Below, in pieces: positions 53,475 through 61,210 of a stretch of 64,000 bases of DNA; position 1 is the stretch's first letter; each line of letters begins with the position of its first letter. The notes beneath the pieces are model-generated. The model searched no databases and was not told the origin of the DNA. It saw only the letters and a list, made by a program, of their open reading frames with translations. The DNA comes from an uncultured Muribaculaceae bacterium (GTDB lineage Bacteria; Bacteroidota; Bacteroidia; Bacteroidales; Muribaculaceae): positions 6,023 through 70,022 of the forward strand of contig CAJTXL010000009.1 of assembly GCA_910583525.1 (NCBI GenBank). The letters run 5' to 3'. A program made the position numbers and the translations under genes.

Positions 53475-54695
53475 TTACAGCTTCTGAAAATTGTCGTTAA
53501 TCAAAAACTGCCTTAACGGCATGTGAATAATGCCATCATAAACGGTAGACTTTGTTATCGGATTCATGGAAACTACATATTTGGGGTAGTTATCATTAAT
53601 CTTCATTAGATTTCCAAACTCACGGTTCATGGTACGTTCATCGGCAATCAGATAAGCGACCTGTATGTACATGGGTTGGCCCTTTTTCTCAGCCACGAAA
53701 TCTACTTCTCCCGACGGTAGCACTCCGACGGCTATTTTGTAACCGAGGTTTTTAAGGTGCAGATAAACGGCGTTTTCAATAACTTTCTCAATATCTTTAG
53801 CGCGGTTGTTCCCTACAAGCAAATTGCGTAGGCCAAGGTCTTCAAAATAATATTTGTCAGTTGTTTCCAACAGCCTCTTGCCGTGGATGTCGTATCGTGG
53901 AACTTTATTTATTATATATGCGTTGGATGCGGCTTTGAGGTAATTTAAGGCAGACAATGGGGTGAGTTCAACTTTTTGTGACTTCAGATATTTGGATATT
54001 GATGTCGCTGAGACCAATTGCCCGGTGTTGTCGCTAATATACGACATCATGTTTTCAAATAGGGTGACATTTCGCAAGCCCTCTCGCTTTACCACATCTT
54101 TAAGTACTATGGTGTTATAGATGTTTTGGATATATTCCCAAATCATATCTTCGTTTTGCAGCCCAAGACGATAAAGGTGTGGGAGACCACCATAGAAAAG
54201 ATATCTGTCGAGGCTTTCAGGAGAATCCGTCAGCTTATGGAACTCGAGGAATTCGTTATATGAAAGACTTTGGATGTGAATGTCAATATATCGTCCTCCG
54301 AGATATGTAGAAAGCTCGGACGACATCATCTTGGCATTGCTCCCGGTTACGACAATTTGACATTCCTCATCGGCATTGAGACTGCGCAGTGTGTTTTCAA
54401 AGCCTTCAATATCCTGAACTTCGTCGATAAACAAATAGTTGTCGTCATTTTCTCGGAATTTGTCCCTAAGGAATGCCGACAAGTCTTCGTCAGTGCGGAT
54501 TTCTGCATATATCTTCTTCTCTTTGTTGATATACACAATATTGGCTTCGGGTTTGTCGCTTTTAATTACCTGAGCAAGTTGTCGGAGTATAAAGCTTTTA
54601 CCGACACGCCTTTGGCCGGTTAGCGCAATTATCATACCTTTGTTAAAAAAACGCAGGATATGGTCAATATATATATTACGAGAAATTATTTCCAT
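53475..54695 (-). CDS. AAA-type ATP-binding protein with DUF4143-like C-terminal region (COG1373-like)
   Basis: MEIISRNIYIDHILRFFNKGMIIALTGQRRVGKSFILRQL (Walker A), LFIDEVQ (Walker B). AT-rich. ATG 54695. Confidence 0.75.
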   Translation of the reverse strand: MEIISRNIYIDHILRFFNKGMIIALTGQRRVGKSFILRQLAQVIKSDKPEANIVYINKEKKIYAEIRTDEDLSAFLRDKFRENDDNYLFIDEVQDIEGFENTLRSLNADEECQIVVTGSNAKMMSSELSTYLGGRYIDIHIQSLSYNEFLEFHKLTDSPESLDRYLFYGGLPHLYRLGLQNEDMIWEYIQNIYNTIVLKDVVKREGLRNVTLFENMMSYISDNTGQLVSATSISKYLKSQKVELTPLSALNYLKAASNAYIINKVPRYDIHGKRLLETTDKYYFEDLGLRNLLVGNNRAKDIEKVIENAVYLHLKNLGYKIAVGVLPSGEVDFVAEKKGQPMYIQVAYLIADERTMNREFGNLMKINDNYPKYVVSMNPITKSTVYDGIIHMPLRQFLINDNFQKL

Positions 54696-54871
54696 GCCAC
54701 AAAGATATCCAATTTTATTTGGTATACCAAATAAAATTGGCAAAACAACTAAATTTGTTTTGTACGATTAATAGATTTTTTTGTGGGTGATTTTCTCTTT
54801 GGCTTCTTTTGTGACACAAAAATTAGACAAGTTTGGTTTTGTGTTCGACTTATCCTAACTTTGCAATCAGT

Positions 54872-55702
54872 ATGAGAAAAGATACATTGTATGTCAGCGA
54901 TATGGACGGGACTTTGCTTGGCGCCGATTCGCGCATATCGCCGTTTTCTTCGGAAATCATATCGGATTTGAGCCGTGACGGTGCTCTTATAACGGTGGCT
55001 ACGGCGCGCACTCCGGCTACTGTGCGACCGCTATTGGATGGTACGTTCACCGTGCCGCCGGCTGTGGTCATGACCGGCTGTGCCATGTGGGACCGTCAAG
55101 CCGCCCGGCTTGTCGAACCGCACTTTCTGCCGGAGCTCGACGTTGATACCATTGTAGGATTATGCAGGCAGCACGGTTTTAGCCCGTTTGTTTACGTGTT
55201 GTCGGATGACGGCCTCACGCTTGATGTCTATCATGAAGGTGCAGAGCTTAACCGTGCCGAGCGCAGTTTTTATGAGGAACGTGCAAGGCTTAAACGTTTT
55301 CATCTCGGAACGCCTGCGCCTGCCCGTGCTCGGCAATTCGGCATGCTGTTTTTTGCCATGGGCAAATCGGACGGCATCCGTGTGGCGGCAGATGCTATAT
55401 CCGCATCGACCGATTGCACTGTCAGCTGTTGCCACGATGTTTTCAACCCCGAAGTTGTCACTCTCGAGATTTTTCCTCCGGGAGTCGACAAAGCTCGGGC
55501 GGTGTCGGGCTTGAAGAAAAAGCTCGGGGTGGAGCGCCTGGTGGTGTTCGGTGACAGCCTCAACGATGTGCCGATGTTTGCCGTTGCCGATGTGGCGGTC
55601 GCCGTGGGCAACGCTTTGCCCGAAGTCAAAGCTGCGGCCGATGTCGTAATCGGCCCGAACTACACCGACTCTGTGGCACGGTTTATTGCCGAAGACGCCT
55701 GA
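54872..55702 (+). CDS. Cof-type HAD-IIB family hydrolase
   Basis: MRKDTLYVSDMDGTLLG (DxDGT motif I), ...ATARTP..., and a C-terminal VVFGDSLNDVPMF (motif IV). Confidence 0.8.
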   Translation: MRKDTLYVSDMDGTLLGADSRISPFSSEIISDLSRDGALITVATARTPATVRPLLDGTFTVPPAVVMTGCAMWDRQAARLVEPHFLPELDVDTIVGLCRQHGFSPFVYVLSDDGLTLDVYHEGAELNRAERSFYEERARLKRFHLGTPAPARARQFGMLFFAMGKSDGIRVAADAISASTDCTVSCCHDVFNPEVVTLEIFPPGVDKARAVSGLKKKLGVERLVVFGDSLNDVPMFAVADVAVAVGNALPEVKAAADVVIGPNYTDSVARFIAEDA

Positions 55703-55808
55703 AATACCGCAGAGGCTACTGAAAACCAAAAAACGAGAACTTTTTGCATGGCGACGTTGTGTATATTGTATATTCTTTGTATATTTGCACTATAAATCAA
55801 GAACAACT

Positions 55809-56108
55809 ATGGCAACGACAATCGAAATTAAACGAAAAAACATAGACCTGCCCGTCGATACGCTCCGTACTTTGTCTATTATGGCGGCATCAGTGGGCAA
55901 AAGTCTTAAAAAATACATCGAGGAAACTTTGATAGCCAAGGCCTCCGGCGCAAAAATCGAAGTCTACGAGAACCCTTCGCCGAGTGGAGACCCCTGGTTC
56001 GACGACCCTGAGAACATGGCCTCGGTAATGCGCGGAGTGGCTGAGCATAAGGCCGGTTTGGGGCGTAAGGTCACTATGGATGAAATCAGGGAGATGCTTG
56101 GCGTATGA
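55809..56108 (+). CDS. Antitoxin partner of the YoeB-like toxin
   Basis: MATTIEIKRKNIDLPVDTLRTLSIMAASVGKSLKKYIEETLI...; 99 aa. Its stop overlaps the toxin ATG (ATGA). Confidence 0.6.
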   Translation: MATTIEIKRKNIDLPVDTLRTLSIMAASVGKSLKKYIEETLIAKASGAKIEVYENPSPSGDPWFDDPENMASVMRGVAEHKAGLGRKVTMDEIREMLGV

Positions 56109-56380
56109 TATACGATATCATAATTCTTCCCGAGGCCGAGCGTCATTTTCACGAATGGTATAAATCGGGGCAGAAGAAAGCAATCGCCAAAATTGAGGCC
56201 TTGTTAGCCGAACTGAAGGAGCATCCTACAACAGGAACCGGCCAGGTCGAACAGCTCCGTGGCAATCTCTCCGGATATTGGAGCCGCCGCATAGACAAGG
56301 CGAATAGACTTGTGTATTCTATTGAGGAAGATGTTGTAACGGTCACGGTCGTATCGGCAAAGGGGCATTATGGCAGATAG
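56105..56380 (+). CDS. yoeB: Txe/YoeB-family type II toxin
   Basis: MIYDIIILPEAERHFHEWYKSGQKKAIAKIEALLAELKEHPTTGTGQVEQLRGNLSGYWSRRIDKANRLVYSIEED.VTVTVVSAKGHY; YoeB hallmark G.WSRRI...RLVY...GHY. Confidence 0.8.
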   Translation: MIYDIIILPEAERHFHEWYKSGQKKAIAKIEALLAELKEHPTTGTGQVEQLRGNLSGYWSRRIDKANRLVYSIEEDVVTVTVVSAKGHYGR

Positions 56381-56412
56381 GTCAATCGTATTTTCTTAGA
56401 AACATACTTGTC

Positions 56413-56436
56413 AAGAGAAGCGCATGCGCTTCTCTT
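56413..56436 (+). terminator. Perfect 24-nt palindrome after yoeB and upstream of rubrerythrin (terminator or operator)
   Basis: aagagaagcgcatgcgcttctctt, followed by atgttt. Confidence 0.5.
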
Positions 56437-56544
56437 TATGTTTAATGCCGCTGCAATAGGAGTCCACATCGTTTGAACCATACCGGCAGGAGGTTTGTTA
56501 GTAAATCAGTGAATGAAACCAATGAACTGAAAACACCTCCTATC

Positions 56545-57135
56545 ATGACCAAAAAAAGTATAAAGGGTACAAAAACTGAAAAGAACATAGTAATGGCCTA
56601 TATGGCTGAGTCGAGCGCATATAGCCGCTACACATTCTATGCCTCGCAGGCCGAGAAGGAAAATTATTTCCCGATAGCCCGTATTTTTACAGAGACGGCC
56701 AACAATGAGCTGCGCCATGCCAAGGTATATTTCAAGATGCTCGAAGGCGGTAATCTGCCCGTGACCCTTGATGTCGATGCCGGAGTCATCGGTACGACGG
56801 CCGAAAACCTACAGACGGCGGCGCACGAAGAACTTGTCGAAGGCTCGCAGATGTACGAGGCTGCCGCCAAGGTGGCCCAAGAGGAAGGCTTCGACGAAAT
56901 AGCCGAGCATTTCCGCTCGATAGCGCAGATAGAAATGCGTCACCGCCGCCGTTTTCTTCATTACCTCAAGCAGGTCGAAGAGGGCACGGTATGGAAGCGC
57001 GACCACGAAATAGTATGGAAGTGCCTTGTATGCGGATACGAATACAAGGGAACCGAACCTCCTGTAGAATGCCCGGCTTGCGACCATCCGCGCGAACACT
57101 ACATGGCTATGGACTATGTAGAAGGCCTCGAATAA
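56545..57135 (+). CDS. rbr: Rubrerythrin
   Basis: MTKKSIKGTKTEKNIVMAYMAESSAYSRYTFYASQAEKE...ELRHAKVYF...; C-terminal rubredoxin-like CLVCGYEY...CPACDHP. Confidence 0.9.
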   Translation: MTKKSIKGTKTEKNIVMAYMAESSAYSRYTFYASQAEKENYFPIARIFTETANNELRHAKVYFKMLEGGNLPVTLDVDAGVIGTTAENLQTAAHEELVEGSQMYEAAAKVAQEEGFDEIAEHFRSIAQIEMRHRRRFLHYLKQVEEGTVWKRDHEIVWKCLVCGYEYKGTEPPVECPACDHPREHYMAMDYVEGLE

Positions 57136-57167
57136 CAGCCACTCATCGCAACTACTTCATAAAAGCC

Positions 57168-57204
57168 ACACGAGGCATGCACCGTAATGGAGCATGCCTC
57201 GTGT
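57168..57204. terminator. 13-bp hairpin between convergent rbr and rplS
   Basis: acacgaggcatgc (57168-57180), an 11-nt loop, gcatgcctcgtgt (57192-57204) attttg. Confidence 0.7.
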
Positions 57205-57226
57205 ATTTTGTCGTTGTGGCTGCGTA

Positions 57227-57592
57227 TCAGTCGTTTGCCTTGTTCACTACGCGGCGCTCTTTGATGCGGGCTTTTTTGCCGGTGAGGGCGCGGAGATAGT
57301 AGAGTTTCGCACGACGCACTTTACCGTATTTGTTCACGGTGATTGAGTCGATGAAAGGCGAGTCCATGGGGAAAATACGTTCAACGCCGATGTTTTCGCT
57401 CATCTTGCGCACGGTGAAACGTTTCTTGGCGCCTTCGCCAGAGATGCGGATAACCACACCGCGGTACTGCTGGATACGCTCCTTGTTGCCTTCTTTGATG
57501 CGGTAAGCCACGGTGATGGTGTCGCCGGGGCCGAAGTCGGGGTGCTGTTTGCCTGAAGCGAAGGCTTCTTCGGCAATTTTAATCAAATCCAT
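57227..57592 (-). CDS. rplS: 50S ribosomal protein L19
   Basis: [11 protein letters not shown]...[68 protein letters not shown]...[12 protein letters not shown]. Confidence 0.95.
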   Translation of the reverse strand: MDLIKIAEEAFASGKQHPDFGPGDTITVAYRIKEGNKERIQQYRGVVIRISGEGAKKRFTVRKMSENIGVERIFPMDSPFIDSITVNKYGKVRRAKLYYLRALTGKKARIKERRVVNKAND

Positions 57593-57759
57593 TGATGTGT
57601 AATTGATTTAGAATGTTAACATTACTCGCAATATTCGCAGGCTGCATGTCCTGCCAGAGATTACGAAATCGACCGCAAAATTAAGTTTTTTTTCTCAAAC
57701 TCGCAAATAATCAGCGAGAAAAAGTTTTTTTGAGGGCGCGTGGTGTCTATGCCATAAAG

Positions 57760-58830
57760 TTACGGGATTGATACTTTGTAGGCGCTTCCGTTTTCGGTGG
57801 TGATGACATATATACCTGCGGTCAATGTCGCCGACATGCCTTTGTCGAGTGAGGCACAGAGCCGTCCCGACATGTCGTAGACTTTGATATCGGCACAGGC
57901 GGTGACACTATGCCCGGCGATGCGCACCGGCACTTCGTCCGACACTTCTATTGCCATAGTTCCGGCAGAACCATCTTCGGCGATGTTGGCGAATTTGCCC
58001 CACTGGTAGTGGCTGCGATAGACATCTGCACTGCCTTTTGGCACATAGAGGGTGGTGTGCGCGTAGATGTAGTCGTCGAAGTGGAAAGTCTCAATAGTTT
58101 GGGGCTTCGGGTTCTTTGTCTTGAGCGCTTTCAACACAGGCACTCCCGTGGCTTCGTCTTTTGGCATATCGTCAAGACGGCACCAATTATCGAAAACTGT
58201 CGGCAAAGTTATCTCGCGAAGCGATGTGCAGTGCACCTCGCTATAGAAGTGGCTACTGAAATAAATAGACGAGAGATGGTCGTGCAACGATAAATCGAGC
58301 GTCTCAAGCGAAGGGCACATGCCGAAAAGTTCGGCTCCCATCTTGCAGGAGACATCAGTCATCGCTACAGTTTTCAGCTTGGGGCAATTGAAAAAGGCTC
58401 CGTCCCATATATCGTCGATGGTCGAGGGGAGCTTCACCGACAGAAGGTCTTCGCAACCGGCGAAAGCGGCGTAGTGGATGCGCGTCACCGTATAGGTTTT
58501 TCCGTCGTGCTCAACGGTAGATGGTATGTCGATATTCCACTTATAGCAACCGGTGTAGCCTTTGTCGCCAAAATTTCGCAAGGATGAGTAATATTCCGGG
58601 GTGTCGCACATGAAATATGCTTCAGTGTCATTGTAAAAGTAGCCGTCGTCGACTACCGCCACACGGTTGTTGTCCTTATCGATTATGAAATAATATATGC
58701 CGTCGGAGGCGAAGTCGTGGGTGTATGTGGTCGGGTCGGCTATCTGTGCAAAGGCATGCCCCGTAGTCATTGCAAAGAGCATGCACAAGATTTTTGCAAA
58801 AAGCTGTTTCATAAATATTTCCTTTTTCAT
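57760..58830 (-). CDS. BspA-type leucine-rich-repeat protein with T9SS C-terminal sorting domain
   Basis: Signal peptide ...MKQLFAKILCMLFAMTTGHAFA. LRR units (AAFAGCEDLLSVKLPSTIDDIWDGAFFNCPKLKTV). C-terminus IKVYDMSGRLCASL...LTAGIYVITTENGSAYKVSIP. Confidence 0.8.
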   Translation of the reverse strand: MKKEIFMKQLFAKILCMLFAMTTGHAFAQIADPTTYTHDFASDGIYYFIIDKDNNRVAVVDDGYFYNDTEAYFMCDTPEYYSSLRNFGDKGYTGCYKWNIDIPSTVEHDGKTYTVTRIHYAAFAGCEDLLSVKLPSTIDDIWDGAFFNCPKLKTVAMTDVSCKMGAELFGMCPSLETLDLSLHDHLSSIYFSSHFYSEVHCTSLREITLPTVFDNWCRLDDMPKDEATGVPVLKALKTKNPKPQTIETFHFDDYIYAHTTLYVPKGSADVYRSHYQWGKFANIAEDGSAGTMAIEVSDEVPVRIAGHSVTACADIKVYDMSGRLCASLDKGMSATLTAGIYVITTENGSAYKVSIP

Positions 58831-58902
58831 TAGTAATGAATAACCGTTTCACAAAATTAAACAATATTTTGCTAATGCCAACTTTTTTGGCAATACAATG
58901 GC

Positions 58903-58942
58903 AAAATAAAATAGCGTGAAAGAACCCCGACTTCTTTCACGC
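58903..58942 (-). terminator. Intrinsic terminator of the DUF3791/DUF3990 cassette
   Basis: On the minus strand: gcgtgaaagaa (58942-58932), a 7-nt loop, ttctttcacgc (58924-58914), followed by tattttatttt. Confidence 0.7.
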
Positions 58943-59040
58943 ATAAGGGTTGTTCAGATACCTGTTGGTTAACTATATGAACAAAATTTGTTTGACAGAC
59001 TGAAGGATTTGTTACGTTGATACATGGTCGGCGAGGCTGC

Positions 59041-59262
59041 TTAAATCTCTTCCAAGAACATCTGATAGAGGGCGACGGGGCCGTAGTGCCATAGTTTGGT
59101 TTCTTCGTCTTCAAGTTGGCGGTATGTCTCAGATTGGTATATGCGGTTTAGCGCCTCGGTAATCGGCAGTCCGAAGTCGTCGGCATACATCACGGCCATT
59201 TTGCTGACCTTGCCTGGTAGCAAAAGATATAGGTTCTCTGATGTTACCTTTCTTTCGGTCAT
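59041..59262 (-). CDS. DUF3791-like small protein (second copy)
   Basis: 73 aa; ...KMAVMYADDFGLPITEALNRIYQSETYRQLEDEETKLWHYGPVALYQMFLEEI. ATGA overlap with the DUF3990 stop. Confidence 0.6.
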   Translation of the reverse strand: MTERKVTSENLYLLLPGKVSKMAVMYADDFGLPITEALNRIYQSETYRQLEDEETKLWHYGPVALYQMFLEEI

Positions 59263-59747
59263 TTTGTAATCTCCTCGGCTTTAATGAACGTTATGGCTCT
59301 TAATGCAGCTTCAGTATGTAACAGTATCTGATTAACTAACTTGTATGCTTTTAGTTCGGAAATCAAATCTTGTTTGCTAAATAAGCCGGCTTCATAGAGG
59401 GCGAACGCCGCGTAAACACGGTCGTTTGCAACCGGGCCTTTCACAATGTCGTAATCGTGGGCGTAATATTTGTTCATTCGATTTGCCATAACGAAGTCGA
59501 GCCATTCCTCGTTAGGCTTGTCAAATGATAAAACCGACAATTCTGTTTCTAACTCAGGGTTATATTCATAAATATTTATCCAGCCATGCTCTATGCCTCC
59601 TTTGAACTTGCGCCTTACCCAACTTTCGGCCTGTTCATGTGAAGAGGTCAGATAAAATCCGGCTCCATAATCGAGGGTTCTATTCGGTTCTCTGATTTCA
59701 GGCGCTTCTACTTTGTCGACACTGCCGTGATAAAGTTTCATAGACAT
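59259..59747 (-). CDS. DUF3990 domain protein (ART-like motif pattern, see findings)
   Basis: MSMKLYHGSVDKVEAPEI...LDYGAGFYLTSSHEQAESW...GWINIYEYN...EEWLDFVMANR...DYDIVKGPVANDRVY; matches my memory of DUF3990 (N-terminal LYHGS, GP.AND). Confidence 0.65.
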   Translation of the reverse strand: MSMKLYHGSVDKVEAPEIREPNRTLDYGAGFYLTSSHEQAESWVRRKFKGGIEHGWINIYEYNPELETELSVLSFDKPNEEWLDFVMANRMNKYYAHDYDIVKGPVANDRVYAAFALYEAGLFSKQDLISELKAYKLVNQILLHTEAALRAITFIKAEEITK

Positions 59748-59968
59748 TATTTATGTGTTGAGAGATATTCGTTGATTTCTTCTAAAATCCATAGAGGACT
59801 TTGAGAATGAATCGGTTCAAAATTCTCCGCCAGGAAATTCGTCAGCCCTGTTTCGTTGAATATATGTGAAACATTGCCACCGGTCATTCTGTTGGCATTT
59901 TTATAGGCTTCGATGCAAAACGCTATGAAATACGCTATGTCATCGTTATGTTTCTGGTCGCTTTTCAT
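59747..59968 (-). CDS. DUF3791 small protein (first copy)
   Basis: MKSDQKHNDDIAYFIAFCIEAYKNANRMTGGNVSHIFNETGLTNFLAENFEPIHSQSPLWILEEINEYLSTHK from ATG 59968. Its stop overlaps the next ATG by 1 nt (TAATG). Confidence 0.65.
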   Translation of the reverse strand: MKSDQKHNDDIAYFIAFCIEAYKNANRMTGGNVSHIFNETGLTNFLAENFEPIHSQSPLWILEEINEYLSTHK

Positions 59969-60032
59969 ATTCTGTTGATGCTCTTCGTTATTTAAAAATG
60001 CTCTCAGATTGCGTGGCGTTGATTGCTTGCGA

Positions 60033-61193
60033 CTATTTGAAGGCTTCGGCAGCTTCGCGGATGGCGTAGAACATGCGGCGGTCGGCATCGGTGAGTTCGA
60101 CGTTTCGGCGAGCCATCATGCGTGCGGCGATGTCGAAGAATTTTGTCATCGAGACTTCGGAGAAGCCTGCCGTGGAGCCTTCGCTGAACGATGCCACGAA
60201 GTTGCGCGGAAAGCCCGAGCCGTGGATGTTCACGCCCACGCCGAGCACTGTGGCGGTGTTGAACATGGTGTTTATGCCGGCTTTTGAGTGGTCGCCCATT
60301 ATTAGTCCGCAGAACTGCAGGTTTGTGCGCAGGAAGCGCCCTGTGGGATAGTTCCAGAGGCGTATGGGGGTATAGTCGTTTTTGAGGTTCGAGGCCACGC
60401 ATCCGGCGCCGAGGTTGCACCATTCGCCTATGACGGCGTTGCCCAGGAAGCCGTCGTGGGCTTTGTTGGAGTAGGCCTGCAGGACTACGTTGTTGAGTTC
60501 TCCGCCTACTTTGCAGTATGGGCCGAGAGTGGTGGCGCCGTAGATTTTAGAACCCATGTTCACTACGGCATGTGTACATAGCGCAATGGGGCCGCGCAGC
60601 ATGGAGCCTTCCATGATTTCGGCGTCTTTAGCTACGTATATGGGCCCGGCATTGGTGTTGAGGAAAGCGCCTTCGACATGCGCACCCTCTTCGATGAAGA
60701 TGAGCGAGGGGTCGCCGATGACGGTGTTTGTGGAGTTGACGGGCTGGCTTGTGCGTCCGAAGGTGATGCGGCTGAAGTCGTCGATTATTGCCTTGCCGTT
60801 GAAGCCGAATATGTCGTAAAGATGCTCGATGGCACATATTTCGCCGCCGAAACGGACTTCGGCGTTGGTCTCGGCGCCCCTGTGTGCCACTTCGGTGGTG
60901 CCTGCGAGGAGTTTTTCGCCGGGGCGCAGTGCCTTGACGGCTTCGACCAGTTCGGCAGTCGGCAGCACGTGCCCTGCTATGTGCAGTGCCTCGGCGGCTT
61001 CTTCGGGCGAGGCCTTGGGGTATTTCTCTTCTAAGTATGTGGCGGCGACGTCCCAGCGGTATTCGCCGGGGAGCATGGCCTGCCATTTTTCGGCTATGGT
61101 GTCGATGCCTACTCTGATTGCGCCTACGGGGCGCGTGTATGTGATTGGTAGAAGTTCGGCCCGTATGTCGGGATTATCGCTTATTATTATCAT
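60033..61193 (-). CDS. GlmU-family / putative sugar nucleotidyltransferase with left-handed beta-helix
   Basis: MIIISDNPDIRAELLPITYTRPVGAIRVGIDTIAEKW... (first ATG 61193; the track start is a TTG). Hexapeptide repeats occupy the C-terminal half. Confidence 0.7.
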   Translation of the reverse strand: MIIISDNPDIRAELLPITYTRPVGAIRVGIDTIAEKWQAMLPGEYRWDVAATYLEEKYPKASPEEAAEALHIAGHVLPTAELVEAVKALRPGEKLLAGTTEVAHRGAETNAEVRFGGEICAIEHLYDIFGFNGKAIIDDFSRITFGRTSQPVNSTNTVIGDPSLIFIEEGAHVEGAFLNTNAGPIYVAKDAEIMEGSMLRGPIALCTHAVVNMGSKIYGATTLGPYCKVGGELNNVVLQAYSNKAHDGFLGNAVIGEWCNLGAGCVASNLKNDYTPIRLWNYPTGRFLRTNLQFCGLIMGDHSKAGINTMFNTATVLGVGVNIHGSGFPRNFVASFSEGSTAGFSEVSMTKFFDIAARMMARRNVELTDADRRMFYAIREAAEAFK

Positions 61194-61210
61194 GATTTTT
61201 TCGTTATGGG

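Noticed and set aside
57593-57759. Ribosomal-protein leader or terminator structure between the LRR gene and rplS (ctcgc-aaataatca-gcgag with flanking A/T runs)
   Set aside because: It has only a 5-bp stem and ambiguous orientation, and I recognise no known L19-leader features.
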